DNA of 64,000 nucleotides from Thermoanaerobaculia bacterium (GTDB taxonomy: Bacteria > Acidobacteriota > Thermoanaerobaculia > Multivoradales > Multivoraceae), in assembly GCA_963664405.1 (NCBI GenBank), contig OY761158.1, positions 3,328,001-3,392,000 of the forward strand, given 5' to 3'. The translations under genes were made by a program, and so were the position numbers. The notes under the pieces are model-generated. The model was not told where the DNA came from, searched no databases, and worked only from the letters and a program-made list of their open reading frames with translations. Positions 1 to 10,020 of the stretch are shown here, in pieces (the stretch's first letter is position 1; each line of letters starts with the position of its first letter).

Positions 1-1617
1 GGCATTCTGAATCAGGCGCGCCGAGGTGCGCTGCAAACCCCGTTACCCGTCGGCCTACTCTACGACCCGACCGGTAACGTGGTGCTCGATCCCGACGGCC
101 AGGTCCAACGGAGCTTCGAGCACCTGTTCGAGACCTTCGAGCGTATGGGCTCGGCCTCGGCGACGGTCAAACACTTCCGCGAGCAAGGCTTGCGGTTTCC
201 GCGCCGGCCGCGCTTCGGCCCCCACAAGGGAGAGCTGTTGTGGGAGTCGTTGCGCCACTGGCGCGTCCTGAGGGTGCTGCACAATCCCCGCTACGCTGGC
301 GCTTTCTGTTTCGGTCGCACTCACACGCAAAGGCGCGTCAACGGCACCGTCGAGGTCAAGTCGCTTCCGCGGGAGGAGTGGACCGCGCTGTTGCTCGACG
401 CGCACCCCGGATACATTCCCTGGGAACAATTCGAAGAAAACCTGAGACGACTACGAGACAACGCCCAGGCCCACGGCCGAGACCGGCGCAAGAGCCCACC
501 GCGCGAGGGGCCAGCGCTGGTGCAGGGCTTGGTCCTCTGCGGCGTTTGTGGCCATCGGATGACGGTCCGCTATCACACGCGCAGGGGCACTCAGTGGCCC
601 GAGTACGTCTGCCAGCGCGAGGGCATCGACACCGCGACACCCAAGTGTCAGTCGATCCCGGGCAAGGGCATCGATCGGGCCATCGGAGAGCTGCTTGTGG
701 AGACGGTTACGCCTGTGACTCTGGAGGTTGCACTGAAAGTCCAGGTCGAGCTCGATGCACGGATCCACGAGGCCGATTCCCTGCGGCGCCAGCACGTACA
801 GCGAGCTCGACAGGAGGCTGACTTGGCTCGGCGTCGCTTCATGGAGGTCGATCCGGGGAACCGCCTCGTGGTGGATGTCCTCGAGGCCGAGTGGAACGAG
901 AGGCTGCGCGGGCTGCACGACGCACAGGAGGAGCTCGAGCAGCGCCGCCAGCAAGATCACCAACAGCTCGGCGACCAGCAACGAGAAGAGATCCTCGCCC
1001 TCGCCACCGACTTCCCGCGGTTGTGGAACGACCCGAAGACGCCTCAACGCGAGCGCAAGCGCATGGTGCGCTTGCTCATCGAGGACGTCACCTTGACGAA
1101 GGGCGACGAGATCGTTGTCGGTGTCCGCTTCCGAGGTGGCGCGACACGAAGTCTCAAACTGCCCATTCCGCCGACAGCATGGGAGTTACGCCAAACCTCG
1201 AAACAGGTCGTTGCCGAGATTGATACCCTGCTTGATGACTACACCGAGGCCGAGATTGCGAGCATCCTCAACGACAGAGGCCATCTCTCCGGAGAGGGCA
1301 AACGATTTCACGCCGGCATCGTCCGGCGACTGCGCCGTGACTACGACATCAAGAAGAGGTACGACCGACTGCGTGAGGGGGGAATGCTTACCCTCGAAGA
1401 GATGGCTGACCTACTGGGTGTCGCGACCCACACGGTGAAGACATGGCGCAACCACGGCCTGCTGCGTGCCCATGCCTACAACGACAAGAACGAGTGCCTC
1501 TACGAGCATCCCGGCGACGACCCGCCCGTCAAAATGCAGGGCCGAAAACTCTCGCAACGACGGCGCCGCCTCGACGTCGAACCGAACCCTACGGAGGAGG
1601 TGCAGTGTGAAGCGTAG
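1..1617 (+). CDS. Large serine recombinase (recombinase + zinc ribbon + coiled coil + C-terminal HTH), 5'-truncated by window edge
   Basis: Frame open from base 1 (GILNQARRGALQTPLPVGLLYD); LHNPRYAG recombinase motif, LVQGLVLCGVCGHRM...YVC zinc ribbon, RERKRMVRLLIEDV tail. Confidence 0.9.
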   Translation, partial: GILNQARRGALQTPLPVGLLYDPTGNVVLDPDGQVQRSFEHLFETFERMGSASATVKHFREQGLRFPRRPRFGPHKGELLWESLRHWRVLRVLHNPRYAGAFCFGRTHTQRRVNGTVEVKSLPREEWTALLLDAHPGYIPWEQFEENLRRLRDNAQAHGRDRRKSPPREGPALVQGLVLCGVCGHRMTVRYHTRRGTQWPEYVCQREGIDTATPKCQSIPGKGIDRAIGELLVETVTPVTLEVALKVQVELDARIHEADSLRRQHVQRARQEADLARRRFMEVDPGNRLVVDVLEAEWNERLRGLHDAQEELEQRRQQDHQQLGDQQREEILALATDFPRLWNDPKTPQRERKRMVRLLIEDVTLTKGDEIVVGVRFRGGATRSLKLPIPPTAWELRQTSKQVVAEIDTLLDDYTEAEIASILNDRGHLSGEGKRFHAGIVRRLRRDYDIKKRYDRLREGGMLTLEEMADLLGVATHTVKTWRNHGLLRAHAYNDKNECLYEHPGDDPPVKMQGRKLSQRRRRLDVEPNPTEEVQCEA

Positions 1618-2366
1618 CCCTTGGTGCGAGGTCGGTAGGGGCGTGTTCTGGAGTGCTTCAAACCGAGTTCCTGACCAAGATGGGCAAAGATCTAGGCGAC
1701 GTAGCAAGCTCCGTTGTCGGTCAAGATCCTCTGAATGGTAAACGCCTCGATCGGCGAAGAAAGCCATGACCCGCTGGAGAAAGGCTTGGGCGCTGGTCGA
1801 GCGCTCATTCTCGAGGATCTCCACGTAGGCCACCCGCGAGTTGTCATCGATGGCCACGTGGGCAAACTGCCAGCCGGCACCCTGACGGCGCCCCGATAGT
1901 CGCCCGTGATCCGGTGGCCCACGGAACGGATCTTGCCGAGCTTCTTGATGTCCAGGTGCACGAGCTCGCCCGCGTGCTGCTTCTCGTAGCGACGAACCGG
2001 TTCGGGCGGCGCCAGCTGAGGCAGTCGGCCCAAGTCCCAGCGACGCAACCAACGCGAAACGGTGGATCGGGGAATCCCTGTCTTCCAGGCGATCTCAGCC
2101 TGGCTCAGACGCTCCAGCCGAAGAGAGAGGATGCGTTCCCGATCCTTCTTACCCAGCCTCCGGGGACTCTGATGAGGGCAGGACGATCGATCCTGGAGAC
2201 CCTGGGAGCCCTCGGAGCGATAACGCCGCAACCACCGGTACCCCGATCGCGCGCTGAGGCCCTGGGCCTCAGCAGCCTTCCTGACCGTCCAACCTTCTTC
2301 CAACACTCTCTTCACCAGCAGGGCTCGACTCTTCGGGCAGCTTCGGGCATTCTTGTGCAGGTCCAT
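1618..2366 (-). pseudogene. IS481 transposase, frameshifted and truncated
   Basis: MDLHKNARSCPKSRALLVKRV, ELVHLDIKKLG, then HVAIDDNSRVAY, ILTDNGACY and KHSRTRPYRPRTKG spread over different frames. Confidence 0.88.
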
Positions 2367-2466
2367 CCCTTCACTCCTCTCCATGCGTTGTTTTCGTATC
2401 CAAAGCATGGCGGAAGTGGCTGGGATGGACCACCCCTCTTACTGAACAACCTTGTGAGCACTGACA
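1618..2466 (-). mobile_element. IS481-family element, 3'-truncated
   Basis: Left end TGTCAGTGCTCACAAGGTTG (minus, starts 2466); transposase remnants; no right end because the sequence switches to the recombinase gene at ~1618. Confidence 0.85.
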
Positions 2467-2651
2467 CCTAAGAGGAGTGGGTTAGTGGCCGCGGGGTTGG
2501 CTTCCGGTTAGCGCCGTTCGGGTCTTTTTCCCGGACACTCTAGAATCGCTCCGTGGGTCTCGACACATTCCTGCGCGAGGTTGTGCTCCTTCTGGCGTCG
2601 GCCGTGGTCGTGGTTCTGGCCAGCGCGAAGCGTGGAAGTCTGGCTTTCCTT

Positions 2652-3950
2652 CTACTGGGCCACTCGCCATGGCGAAGTACTCGGCCAGCCTTTGAGCTCC
2701 TCTCGGGCCCATTCCGAGCTCTGGTCGGTGTGGCACGAGGTACACGGACTCGGCATGCCGTGCTGCTCCGTCATCGATGGGGGTATGAACTTGAAAGTGT
2801 GACTGCGCACCTTGACCTCGCCGATCGTTTTGGCGATCTTCGGCATATGACAGGCGATGCACTGGCTTCCTTCACTTTCCGGAGCATGATGGGTGTGCTC
2901 TTCGAGCGTACCGCCGGGACCGTTCGGGGAGCGAGGGCCATGACACTGCAGGCACAGAGCATTGTCGGGTCTGGTCAGCTCCGCGCCGTGCTCGGTTCCG
3001 TGTACGTCGTGACAGGCGGAGCACTTCACTCCTCGCGTGTACATCACGCTGGAGACATAGTCGTTCCCCTGCATTCGATTCTTGTGGGCGGATCCGTCGG
3101 GCCAATGAGTGAACGACTCCTCGCCGAGATGGTGCTCCTCTAGCTTCCAGAAGTCACTGAGCCGATCGCCGGGCTCGTATCCGACCGGCCAGTCATAGTA
3201 CGTGCCGGCGATCGGGTTGGTGAGGGGCTGCCCCTGAGAGTGGCATTGAATGCAGACGTCGGCCGCTCGCACGTAGTCGAGCCGGGCTGGATTGGTGATG
3301 TTCTCGCTCTGCGGATCGGCGGCGTGCGCGCTCCCAGCGCCGTGGCACTTCTCACAGCCGACATTCCACTCGGTGACTTCTTTGGTCTCGATGTCGTAGT
3401 TGGTCGAATGACAGCCATCACAGAGAGGCCCGGTAGGCCTTTGCATCTGATCCGCGGGGTAGTGCTCCACCCACCAGTCGGTGCCCTCTCTGACGTAGTA
3501 GGTACGCCACTCCCGGTTGGTCACGTCCCACTGGGCGGGAAAGACGTAGTAATCGCTGCCGATCTTGGTGAAGTAGCGTTGTTTCCACTTGCTGCCGTAG
3601 GTGAAGACGATGTCTTCCTTACTGAAGGTCACCAACTCATGGGGTGTCAAAAAGTCGCCTTTGATGGCTTCGGGGCGCTCCTTGACATCTTGCAGGATGT
3701 TCGCCATCAGAGTGTTTTTCCAGCGGCTATAGAGGCTCCTGTGACAGGACCCGCAGGCCTCCGAGCCGACAAAAGCCTTGCCGGTATCTTCGGCAGGAGG
3801 CTCGACCTGCCCGGCAGCCGGAACTTGGAGAACGATCAATGCGAGAACGGCTGCGTACCCCAGCTTCGCGAGGGGTCGGAGCCGTAGGCTGTCCCGTCGC
3901 CCTCGGGTCTCGAGGCCGGCTCTTCTCCTGTGCCTGAATGAGCATCGCAT
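2652..3950 (-). CDS. Exported octaheme c-type cytochrome
   Basis: Eight CxxCH motifs (CGSCH, CDGCH, CEKCH, CIQCH, CSACH, CLQCH, CIACH, CTSCH); hydrophobic signal segment; exact start uncertain. Confidence 0.88.
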   Translation of the reverse strand: MRCSFRHRRRAGLETRGRRDSLRLRPLAKLGYAAVLALIVLQVPAAGQVEPPAEDTGKAFVGSEACGSCHRSLYSRWKNTLMANILQDVKERPEAIKGDFLTPHELVTFSKEDIVFTYGSKWKQRYFTKIGSDYYVFPAQWDVTNREWRTYYVREGTDWWVEHYPADQMQRPTGPLCDGCHSTNYDIETKEVTEWNVGCEKCHGAGSAHAADPQSENITNPARLDYVRAADVCIQCHSQGQPLTNPIAGTYYDWPVGYEPGDRLSDFWKLEEHHLGEESFTHWPDGSAHKNRMQGNDYVSSVMYTRGVKCSACHDVHGTEHGAELTRPDNALCLQCHGPRSPNGPGGTLEEHTHHAPESEGSQCIACHMPKIAKTIGEVKVRSHTFKFIPPSMTEQHGMPSPCTSCHTDQSSEWAREELKGWPSTSPWRVAQ

Positions 3951-4251
3951 CGCGTTCGCTCCTTTCGTTCGTGCTGTCCGCCGCTCAGAAGGTTAACTGA
4001 AGTCCCAGGAAGCCTAACCCGCCGGCCTCGACACGGGCTCCGGCAACACCACGCCCCCGCCGCGCCCGCTGTCGCGATCTTTAGCGCGACCACCGTTCTC
4101 CCAAGGGCTCTTCCGTAATCTCCCTTCGCAGCTGCCATCAATCCGCGGAGGCTAATACCTGAAGGGCGTAGAAGGAGTAATGACACTCGGAGCGAGATGA
4201 TCGTGTTACAACTAGCTAGCGGTAGCCTTGTTGGCCAGAAAGGTGCCCTGC

Positions 4252-5043
4252 ATGAAACACAGAACGCTCGGCCCGACCGTCCTATTGCTGCTCTGGGCTG
4301 TCGCCTGCGGTGAGCCCAGGGGAAAAGATGACCCGGCGGCCGCGAGTGCAGGGGCCGCCGCAGGCGAGCAGGCTGGCCTGGAAAACGTGCCGTCTTCACA
4401 GCTCTACGATTTCGAGGGGGATCCGCTCGGCATGCTTCCCCACGGCTTCTCAGCGGCCCACTCAGGTCGCGGTGCCGAGGGCCGGTGGGAGGTCATCGAG
4501 GCCGGACCCGCTCCGTCCGGCCACCTCGCAGTCGCGCAGCTCGACGTCGATCGCACCAACTACCGCTTTCCGCTGTTGGTGCTCGACGCGCCTCGGGCGC
4601 GCGATGTGGAGCTGTCGGTGATGGGCCATCCAGTCTCGGGCACAAAAGACCAGGCCATCGGCTTGATATGGAGGTACCAGGACACCGACAACTACTATGT
4701 CCTGCGGGCGAACGCTCTCGAAGACAATGTGGTCCTCTACAAGATGGAGAACGGCGAGCGGACAGATCTTCCTCTCCTCGGCAAGGGACGTTCCTACGGC
4801 ATAGACGTCGACGTGCCGTTGCGGTCCTGGTCGAAGCTCGGCGTGCGCGCAGAGGGGCAGCTCTTCACTGCCTTTCTCGACGGTCGCGAGCTGTTCCAGG
4901 TGACTGACGAGACTTTCCAGAACCCGGGGCGCGTGGGCCTGTGGACCAAAGCCGACAGCGTCACCTGGTTCGACGATCTGCGCTTGGCGACCTTCGATGA
5001 AGGGGCAAGCGGCGAGGCCGCCGATCTGACCGAAGGCGACTGA
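4252..5043 (+). CDS. Lipoprotein with DUF1080/concanavalin-like beta-sandwich domain
   Basis: Lipobox-like WAVAC; GLIWRYQDTDNYYVLRANALEDN and GRVGLWTKADSVTWFDD motifs. Confidence 0.7.
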   Translation: MKHRTLGPTVLLLLWAVACGEPRGKDDPAAASAGAAAGEQAGLENVPSSQLYDFEGDPLGMLPHGFSAAHSGRGAEGRWEVIEAGPAPSGHLAVAQLDVDRTNYRFPLLVLDAPRARDVELSVMGHPVSGTKDQAIGLIWRYQDTDNYYVLRANALEDNVVLYKMENGERTDLPLLGKGRSYGIDVDVPLRSWSKLGVRAEGQLFTAFLDGRELFQVTDETFQNPGRVGLWTKADSVTWFDDLRLATFDEGASGEAADLTEGD

Positions 5044-5047
5044 TGCC

Positions 5048-6070
5048 ATGAGGAAACCTGTCAGCAACTGTGCCCTGCTCGGCTTCGCGCTAGTTTCCGT
5101 CTTCGCCCTCGGATGTGGCTCTGGCAGTGGCGAGGGCGAAGTCGTGGTCTACACCTCAGTCGATCAGGTGTTCTCCGAGCCCGTCTTCCGCTCGTGCGAG
5201 GAGCGCCTCGGGCTCCGAGTCAGGGGCGTCTTCGACACCGAGGAGACGAAGAGCACCGGCATTCTCAATCGTCTCCTCGCCGAGGCCGACCATCCGCAGG
5301 CCGACGTCTTCTGGTCCGGAGACCCGGTGCGGCCGTTTCTGCTCGACGAACGTGGTCTCATCGACCCCTACGTCTCTCCGGAGGCGGCTGCCGTGCCGGT
5401 GGGGTTCCGCGCCGAGGACGGAACCTGGACTGGCATCGCGGCGCGGGCCCGCGTCTTGCTGGTGAATCGTGAGCTCCTCTCCGAGGGGGATCGCCCCGAC
5501 TCGATCCGCGATCTTGCCGATCCGCGCTGGCGTGGGCAGAGCGCCATCGCCAATCCGCTCTTCGGCACCACCACCATGCACGTCGCCGCGCTGGCGGTGA
5601 TCTGGGGCGTAGATGAGGCACGCGCCTTCCTCGAGGCCCTTCAGGACAACCAGGTGCGCGTCGCCAGCTCGAACGGTGAGGTGAGACGTCTCGTCGCTTC
5701 TGGGCAGGTGGCTTTCGGACTGACTGACACCGACGATGCGTTCGTCGCGCTCTCGGAAGGTGATCCCGTCGAGGTTGTCTACCCGGACCAGGACGGCATC
5801 GGAACCCTGGTGATGCCGACCTCCGTGGTGCTGATCGCGGGTGCGCCACATCCTGCTGCGGGCAGACGCCTCGTCGACTGTCTTCTCTCTGCCACAAGCG
5901 AACGTCTGTTGGCAATGAGCGCCGCTCACATGCCGCTCCGCGACGACACGGTGGCCCCTGCTTCGGTACCAGCGGTGTCGAGCCTGAACGCGATGCAGGT
6001 CGACTACGCCGAAGTAGCGAAAACGATGGAGAGCTTGCAACCGTGGCTCCGCGAATGGGTCGGTCTCTGA
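5048..6070 (+). CDS. Fe3+-type ABC transporter substrate-binding lipoprotein
   Basis: FALGC lipobox; VVVYTSVD, RLLAEADHPQADVFWS, GLTDTDD, VVYPDQ. Confidence 0.85.
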   Translation: MRKPVSNCALLGFALVSVFALGCGSGSGEGEVVVYTSVDQVFSEPVFRSCEERLGLRVRGVFDTEETKSTGILNRLLAEADHPQADVFWSGDPVRPFLLDERGLIDPYVSPEAAAVPVGFRAEDGTWTGIAARARVLLVNRELLSEGDRPDSIRDLADPRWRGQSAIANPLFGTTTMHVAALAVIWGVDEARAFLEALQDNQVRVASSNGEVRRLVASGQVAFGLTDTDDAFVALSEGDPVEVVYPDQDGIGTLVMPTSVVLIAGAPHPAAGRRLVDCLLSATSERLLAMSAAHMPLRDDTVAPASVPAVSSLNAMQVDYAEVAKTMESLQPWLREWVGL

Positions 6071-7677
6071 GCCTTGGCGCTGGGGTCGGTCACGGCTGGC
6101 TGCACACGGCCGTGCACGAACGCTGGCGACGTTACCAGCGAGTCGGCGCGCTCGTGCTCGCGACGGTCTGCGTCGCGCTCGTCGCCTCCCTGCCTCTTCT
6201 CGCCCTCGTGGCCGAGCTGACTTCGTCTACTGTCGACAGTCTCAGCCTTCTTCAGCGGTGGGATCTGTGGGCGCTTTTTCTTCGCTCTGCAGCACGAGCT
6301 CTCCTCGTGACCCTCCTTTCCCTGGCCGTCGGCATCCCGCTGGGGTGCCTTTTCGGCCGCAGTGATCTTCCGCTGCGGCGCATACTGTGGCTGGTCCATG
6401 CCTTCCCGCTCTTTCTGCCGCCTTTCCTACTGGCACTGGGTTGGTTTCACCTCGTCGATCTGAGCGGTGTGGCCGGCGCCGGTATCGGCGGTCGTTCGCT
6501 CTCTGGTGAGCCGGCCGTGACTTGGGTGCTGACCTTCGCGCTGGCGCCGATCGTGACCACCCTGACCGCGTTTGCGCTGCGCGGCATCGAGCCTTCTCTC
6601 GAAGAGGCGGCTCTGGTGGTGGCTAGGCCGCTGCACGTGTTCCGCTCGGTCCTGCTCCCGGGCGCCGCGCCTGCCGTCGCCCTCGCCTCTGTCGTCGTCT
6701 TTTCGCTGGCCATCTCCGAGCTCGGGGTGCCTCTGTTTTTTGGCACGCGCGCCTACAACGAAGTGGTGTTTTCCCGCTTGGCGGGGATCGACTTCAACCC
6801 CGGCGAGGCGGTCGCACTGGCGACGCCGCTGCTTGTCGCCGGTCTTCTCCTGGTCGTCGCCGAGCGCCGACTCTTCGGTCGGCGCCGCTTCGATCTGCTC
6901 GGCCTTCGCGAGTCACGACAACCGATAGAGCTTGGACGTTGGCGGAGCCTTGCGACAGCGGTCGTGCTCGCATTGGCGGCAGCGGGGGTGGCTCCGCTCG
7001 CGGGCCTGGTCTGGCGTGCGATGGTAGGCCCGATTCGGCCAGGGCAGAAGCTGGCGTTGGGCGACAGTCTTTGGACGAGCCTGTCGACGGCGTCTATAGC
7101 GGCCGCCGCTGCCACCGCGATCGCTTGCGTTGTCGGGCACGCCCTGGTGCGGAGGTCGAGGATTGCGTCGATCTTGGACGGCTGTCTCTTTCTCGCTTTC
7201 GTGATGCCGTCGGCTGTGCTCGGCGTGGGGTTGATCTCGGCCTGGAACCGGCCGGCGACCCAGTGGGTGTATACAACGACCGCGATTCTGGTGATCGCCG
7301 GCTGTGGTCGGTACGCGATTCTGGCGGTCCGCTCCTCGGCCGTTGCGTTCGCGCAGTCTTCGCCGCAGCTGGAGGAGGGCGGCCAGGTTGCCGGCGCGTC
7401 TTTCTTGCGCCGGCTCGTCATGTTAGTGCTACGGCCCCACTGGCGGGGGTTGGCGCTGGCCTTTCTGCTCACTCTTGTCTTCTGTATGCGAGACCTCGAT
7501 ACCGTCGTCCTCTTCTATCCGCCTGGCGCAGAGCCGCTAACGGTGCGCCTCTTCACCCTCGAAGCCAACGGACCTCCGCGGCTCGTGGCCGCACTGGCGC
7601 TGGTTCAAGTGGTGCTGGTAGCCGGGGCGGTGACCGTGGGCTCGCTGCTGCTGTCGTTGGGGGCTCGACGCCGGTGA
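6043..7677 (+). CDS. Fe3+-type ABC transporter permease (two fused modules)
   Basis: Multiple TM helices; two EAA-type motifs (SLEEAALVV, QLEEGGQVAGA); start approximate. Confidence 0.85.
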   Translation: MAPRMGRSLSLGAGVGHGWLHTAVHERWRRYQRVGALVLATVCVALVASLPLLALVAELTSSTVDSLSLLQRWDLWALFLRSAARALLVTLLSLAVGIPLGCLFGRSDLPLRRILWLVHAFPLFLPPFLLALGWFHLVDLSGVAGAGIGGRSLSGEPAVTWVLTFALAPIVTTLTAFALRGIEPSLEEAALVVARPLHVFRSVLLPGAAPAVALASVVVFSLAISELGVPLFFGTRAYNEVVFSRLAGIDFNPGEAVALATPLLVAGLLLVVAERRLFGRRRFDLLGLRESRQPIELGRWRSLATAVVLALAAAGVAPLAGLVWRAMVGPIRPGQKLALGDSLWTSLSTASIAAAAATAIACVVGHALVRRSRIASILDGCLFLAFVMPSAVLGVGLISAWNRPATQWVYTTTAILVIAGCGRYAILAVRSSAVAFAQSSPQLEEGGQVAGASFLRRLVMLVLRPHWRGLALAFLLTLVFCMRDLDTVVLFYPPGAEPLTVRLFTLEANGPPRLVAALALVQVVLVAGAVTVGSLLLSLGARRR

Positions 7678-8420
7678 AAGAATCGACCGTTCTCCAGATC
7701 GAGGGCCTCGAGCTCGCATTCGGCACTAGGGCCGTCGTCCACGATCTCTCGCTCGCCGTCGCGCAAGGCGAGGTGGTCGCGGTGGCGGGAGCCTCGGGAA
7801 CTGGCAAGACGACTCTCTTGCGTGCCGTGCTCGGTCTAGCTCGGCCGCGCCAGGGTGTCGTCCGTATCGCGGGACGCGAGGTGAGCCGAGGCGCGCGGAT
7901 TCTCGTTCCTCCGGAGGAGAGGAACCTCGCCGTCGTCTTTCAGGATCTGGCTCTGTGGCCGCACCTCACCGTCGCGCGCAATCTCGGGTTCGTGCTCTCG
8001 GCCAAGGGCTTCAAGAGGTCCGATCGACAGGTGCTGGTGGATGAGTGGCTGAAAAGAGTGGGCCTGGGCGACCGAGGTCGCGCCTACCCTGGAGACTTGT
8101 CTGGAGGCGAGCGTCAGCGGGTAGCTCTGGCGCGCGCTTTGGTCTACGAGCCAACAGCTCTGCTGCTCGACGAGCCTTTTGGGAGTCTGGACATCGCGCT
8201 GAAGGAACAGCTCATCGGTTTGGTGCGTGAGCTGCTTGCCGAGCGCCAGGTGCCGACGCTTCTGGTCACCCACGATCCCGACGAGGCCGGCGCCCTGGCC
8301 GACCGGGTAGCCATCCTCGAAGGTGGCACGATCCGACAGATCTGTGCCCCGGAGCAGCTGACGCCGTCGCCTCCTGGGTCCTTCGCCGAGTCGTTCGTCG
8401 GTCGTCTGTTACCGCGTTAG
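7674..8420 (+). CDS. ABC transporter ATP-binding protein
   Basis: GTGA overlap with permease stop; GASGTGKT, LSGGERQRVALARAL, LLLDEP. Confidence 0.92.
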   Translation: MKESTVLQIEGLELAFGTRAVVHDLSLAVAQGEVVAVAGASGTGKTTLLRAVLGLARPRQGVVRIAGREVSRGARILVPPEERNLAVVFQDLALWPHLTVARNLGFVLSAKGFKRSDRQVLVDEWLKRVGLGDRGRAYPGDLSGGERQRVALARALVYEPTALLLDEPFGSLDIALKEQLIGLVRELLAERQVPTLLVTHDPDEAGALADRVAILEGGTIRQICAPEQLTPSPPGSFAESFVGRLLPR

Positions 8421-8657
8421 CGAAGACTTGCGGATGCGGGCGGCGAATGCCGGGATCTCGTATTGATGGCTTGACGTGACCCCTCTGAGCGCGAGGGGCC
8501 GAGCGGTCCCTGCGACGCCTGGATGGTGTCGAAAGTGCAGAGATCGATTTCGAGGCTGCGACGGCGGTGGTCGTCGCAGAGCCGTCGACATCGAGATCGC
8601 GCCGGTCGGGCCGGTGTCGCGTATTTCCTTGCGTTCCACGAGCCCTTTGCTACACTG

Positions 8658-8755
8658 GCTAAAAAGGAAGTCCTTTTTAGCACTGCCTTAGGCTCCCCTC
8701 TCGACCCTTATGGAATGGGGGTTTCCGAGCCTCTAATCTGACTACCCTTTTTAGC
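8658..8755. promoter_or_regulatory. Putative resolvase binding (res-like) site
   Basis: GCTAAAAAGG-AAGT-CCTTTTTAGC perfect inverted repeat (8658-8681) plus third half-site CCTTTTTAGC (8746-8755) just before a resolvase start. Confidence 0.5.
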
Positions 8756-8765
8756 CACCCCATCT

Positions 8766-8825
8766 ATGCCTTCATCCACCAAACGCGTCGCGATCTACGC
8801 CAGGGTCTCGACCATCGACAAGTTT
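8766..8825 (+). pseudogene. Serine resolvase N-terminal remnant
   Basis: MPSSTKRVAIYARVSTIDK contains the YARVS catalytic motif; homology stops after ~19 codons. Confidence 0.7.
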
Positions 8826-8849
8826 GCGGAGGGCCTTCGACGCATGCAT

Positions 8850-9282
8850 GTCTTTTCTTCGCGAGATCGCTGCGAATAGGCGCTCGATCGCACTCGATCG
8901 GTCATCGGCGAGCGCTACCACTACATGCGGAACTTCATCACCGACCGACCGTTGGCCCAATCGAACTACCGATCAAAGTGGCCCGCCTTCGCAAAGATCG
9001 AAGGGATGGCACAGAGAGGTGAGCTGACCGAAGCTCAGGCGGCGCCCTATGGCCAGCGCCCGGCCGAAGAACTCTACGATCTACAAGATGACCCCCACGA
9101 GCTCGTCAACCTCGCAAAGGGGTCTAGACCAGGACATCTTGGTCGAGATGAGAGAGATCGTCGAAGCTTGGATCGAGGATACCGGAGACAAAGGGCAGTT
9201 CCCGGAGTCGAGGGCAGCTCTGCAGATCGTCAAGAATCAGTTTGCGACGATGGCGATCAGTCCGGAGTTTCTCGATCTGTAG
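8850..9282 (+). pseudogene. Sulfatase C-terminal remnant
   Basis: ARDRCE*ALDRTRSVIGERYHYMRNF...RPAEELYDLQDDPHELVNLA, internal stop and a frameshift near 9120. Confidence 0.7.
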
Positions 9283-9310
9283 CAATGCCTGACGGGCCCC
9301 GAGCGCAGCC

Positions 9311-9348
9311 TGTAGCACGCAGCGCAACAATGTGCTTCGTGCTACAAT
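9311..9348 (+). promoter_or_regulatory. vapBC operator palindrome overlapping -10 box
   Basis: TGTAGCACGCAGCGCA-acaa-TGTGCTTCGTGCTACA (14/16 inverted repeat) overlapping TGCTACAAT. Confidence 0.6.
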
Positions 9349-9354
9349 AGCTTG

Positions 9355-9582
9355 ATGAAAAAGATCACGATCCGTGAAATGCGCGCCTCCCTCGGGCGAC
9401 TCGACCAGATCTTGGACGAAGAGGGAGAGCTCCTTCTCACCAGACACGGCAAGACGGTCGCGCGCCTACTACCGGTGAGCCCAAAGCGGCGACTGCCCTC
9501 CCACCGGGATCTTCGTGAACGAATGAGCCGCGTCGGCTCGAGCGCTGAGATCGTGCGTGCCGATCGGGACGACCGAGGGTGA
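9355..9582 (+). CDS. Phd/YefM-family antitoxin
   Basis: MKKITIREMRASLGRL...LLLTRHGKTVARLLP; overlaps PIN toxin start. Confidence 0.85.
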   Translation: MKKITIREMRASLGRLDQILDEEGELLLTRHGKTVARLLPVSPKRRLPSHRDLRERMSRVGSSAEIVRADRDDRG

Positions 9583-10013
9583 CCGCCCCGTATCTGGACA
9601 CTTCGGCCTTAGCCAAGTGGTACATCAACGAGCCGCTCTCCGAACAGGTCGAGGACTACCTTTCCGCCCTGCCCTACGCCCTGATCAGTTCTCTCGTGAT
9701 CGTAGAGATGCGCAGCCTGCTACTGCGCAGAAGGCGCTCCGGCGAAATCGAGTCGGCTCTGGTTGAGCGTATTTGGACGACGTTTCGAGAAGATCAGGCG
9801 ACAGGCTCGCTGGTGGTCCTCGAGGTCAAGGACGAACATCTGAGATCCGCCGAGCGGCTCCTTGACCGAGTCGAAACACCGCTGCGAACGCTCGACGCCT
9901 TGCACCTGGCACTGGCGGAAAGCTCTAAGGCCATCGAGTGCGTAACAGCCGATCGGACCATGGCCGCGGGTGCCCGTGGGCTCGGGTTAAAAGTCAGAAC
10001 TTTCTTCGAGTAG
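9579..10013 (+). CDS. vapC: VapC-family PIN toxin
   Basis: YLDTSALAKWY, LRTLDALHLA, TAD PIN motifs. Confidence 0.9.
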   Translation: MTAPYLDTSALAKWYINEPLSEQVEDYLSALPYALISSLVIVEMRSLLLRRRRSGEIESALVERIWTTFREDQATGSLVVLEVKDEHLRSAERLLDRVETPLRTLDALHLALAESSKAIECVTADRTMAAGARGLGLKVRTFFE

Positions 10014-10020
10014 GGTCGCC

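Noticed and set aside
3951-4251. Metal or cofactor riboswitch between cytochrome and ABC operon
   Set aside because: No convincing match to yybP-ykoY, NiCo, fluoride, Moco or cobalamin consensus by eye; an Rfam scan would settle it
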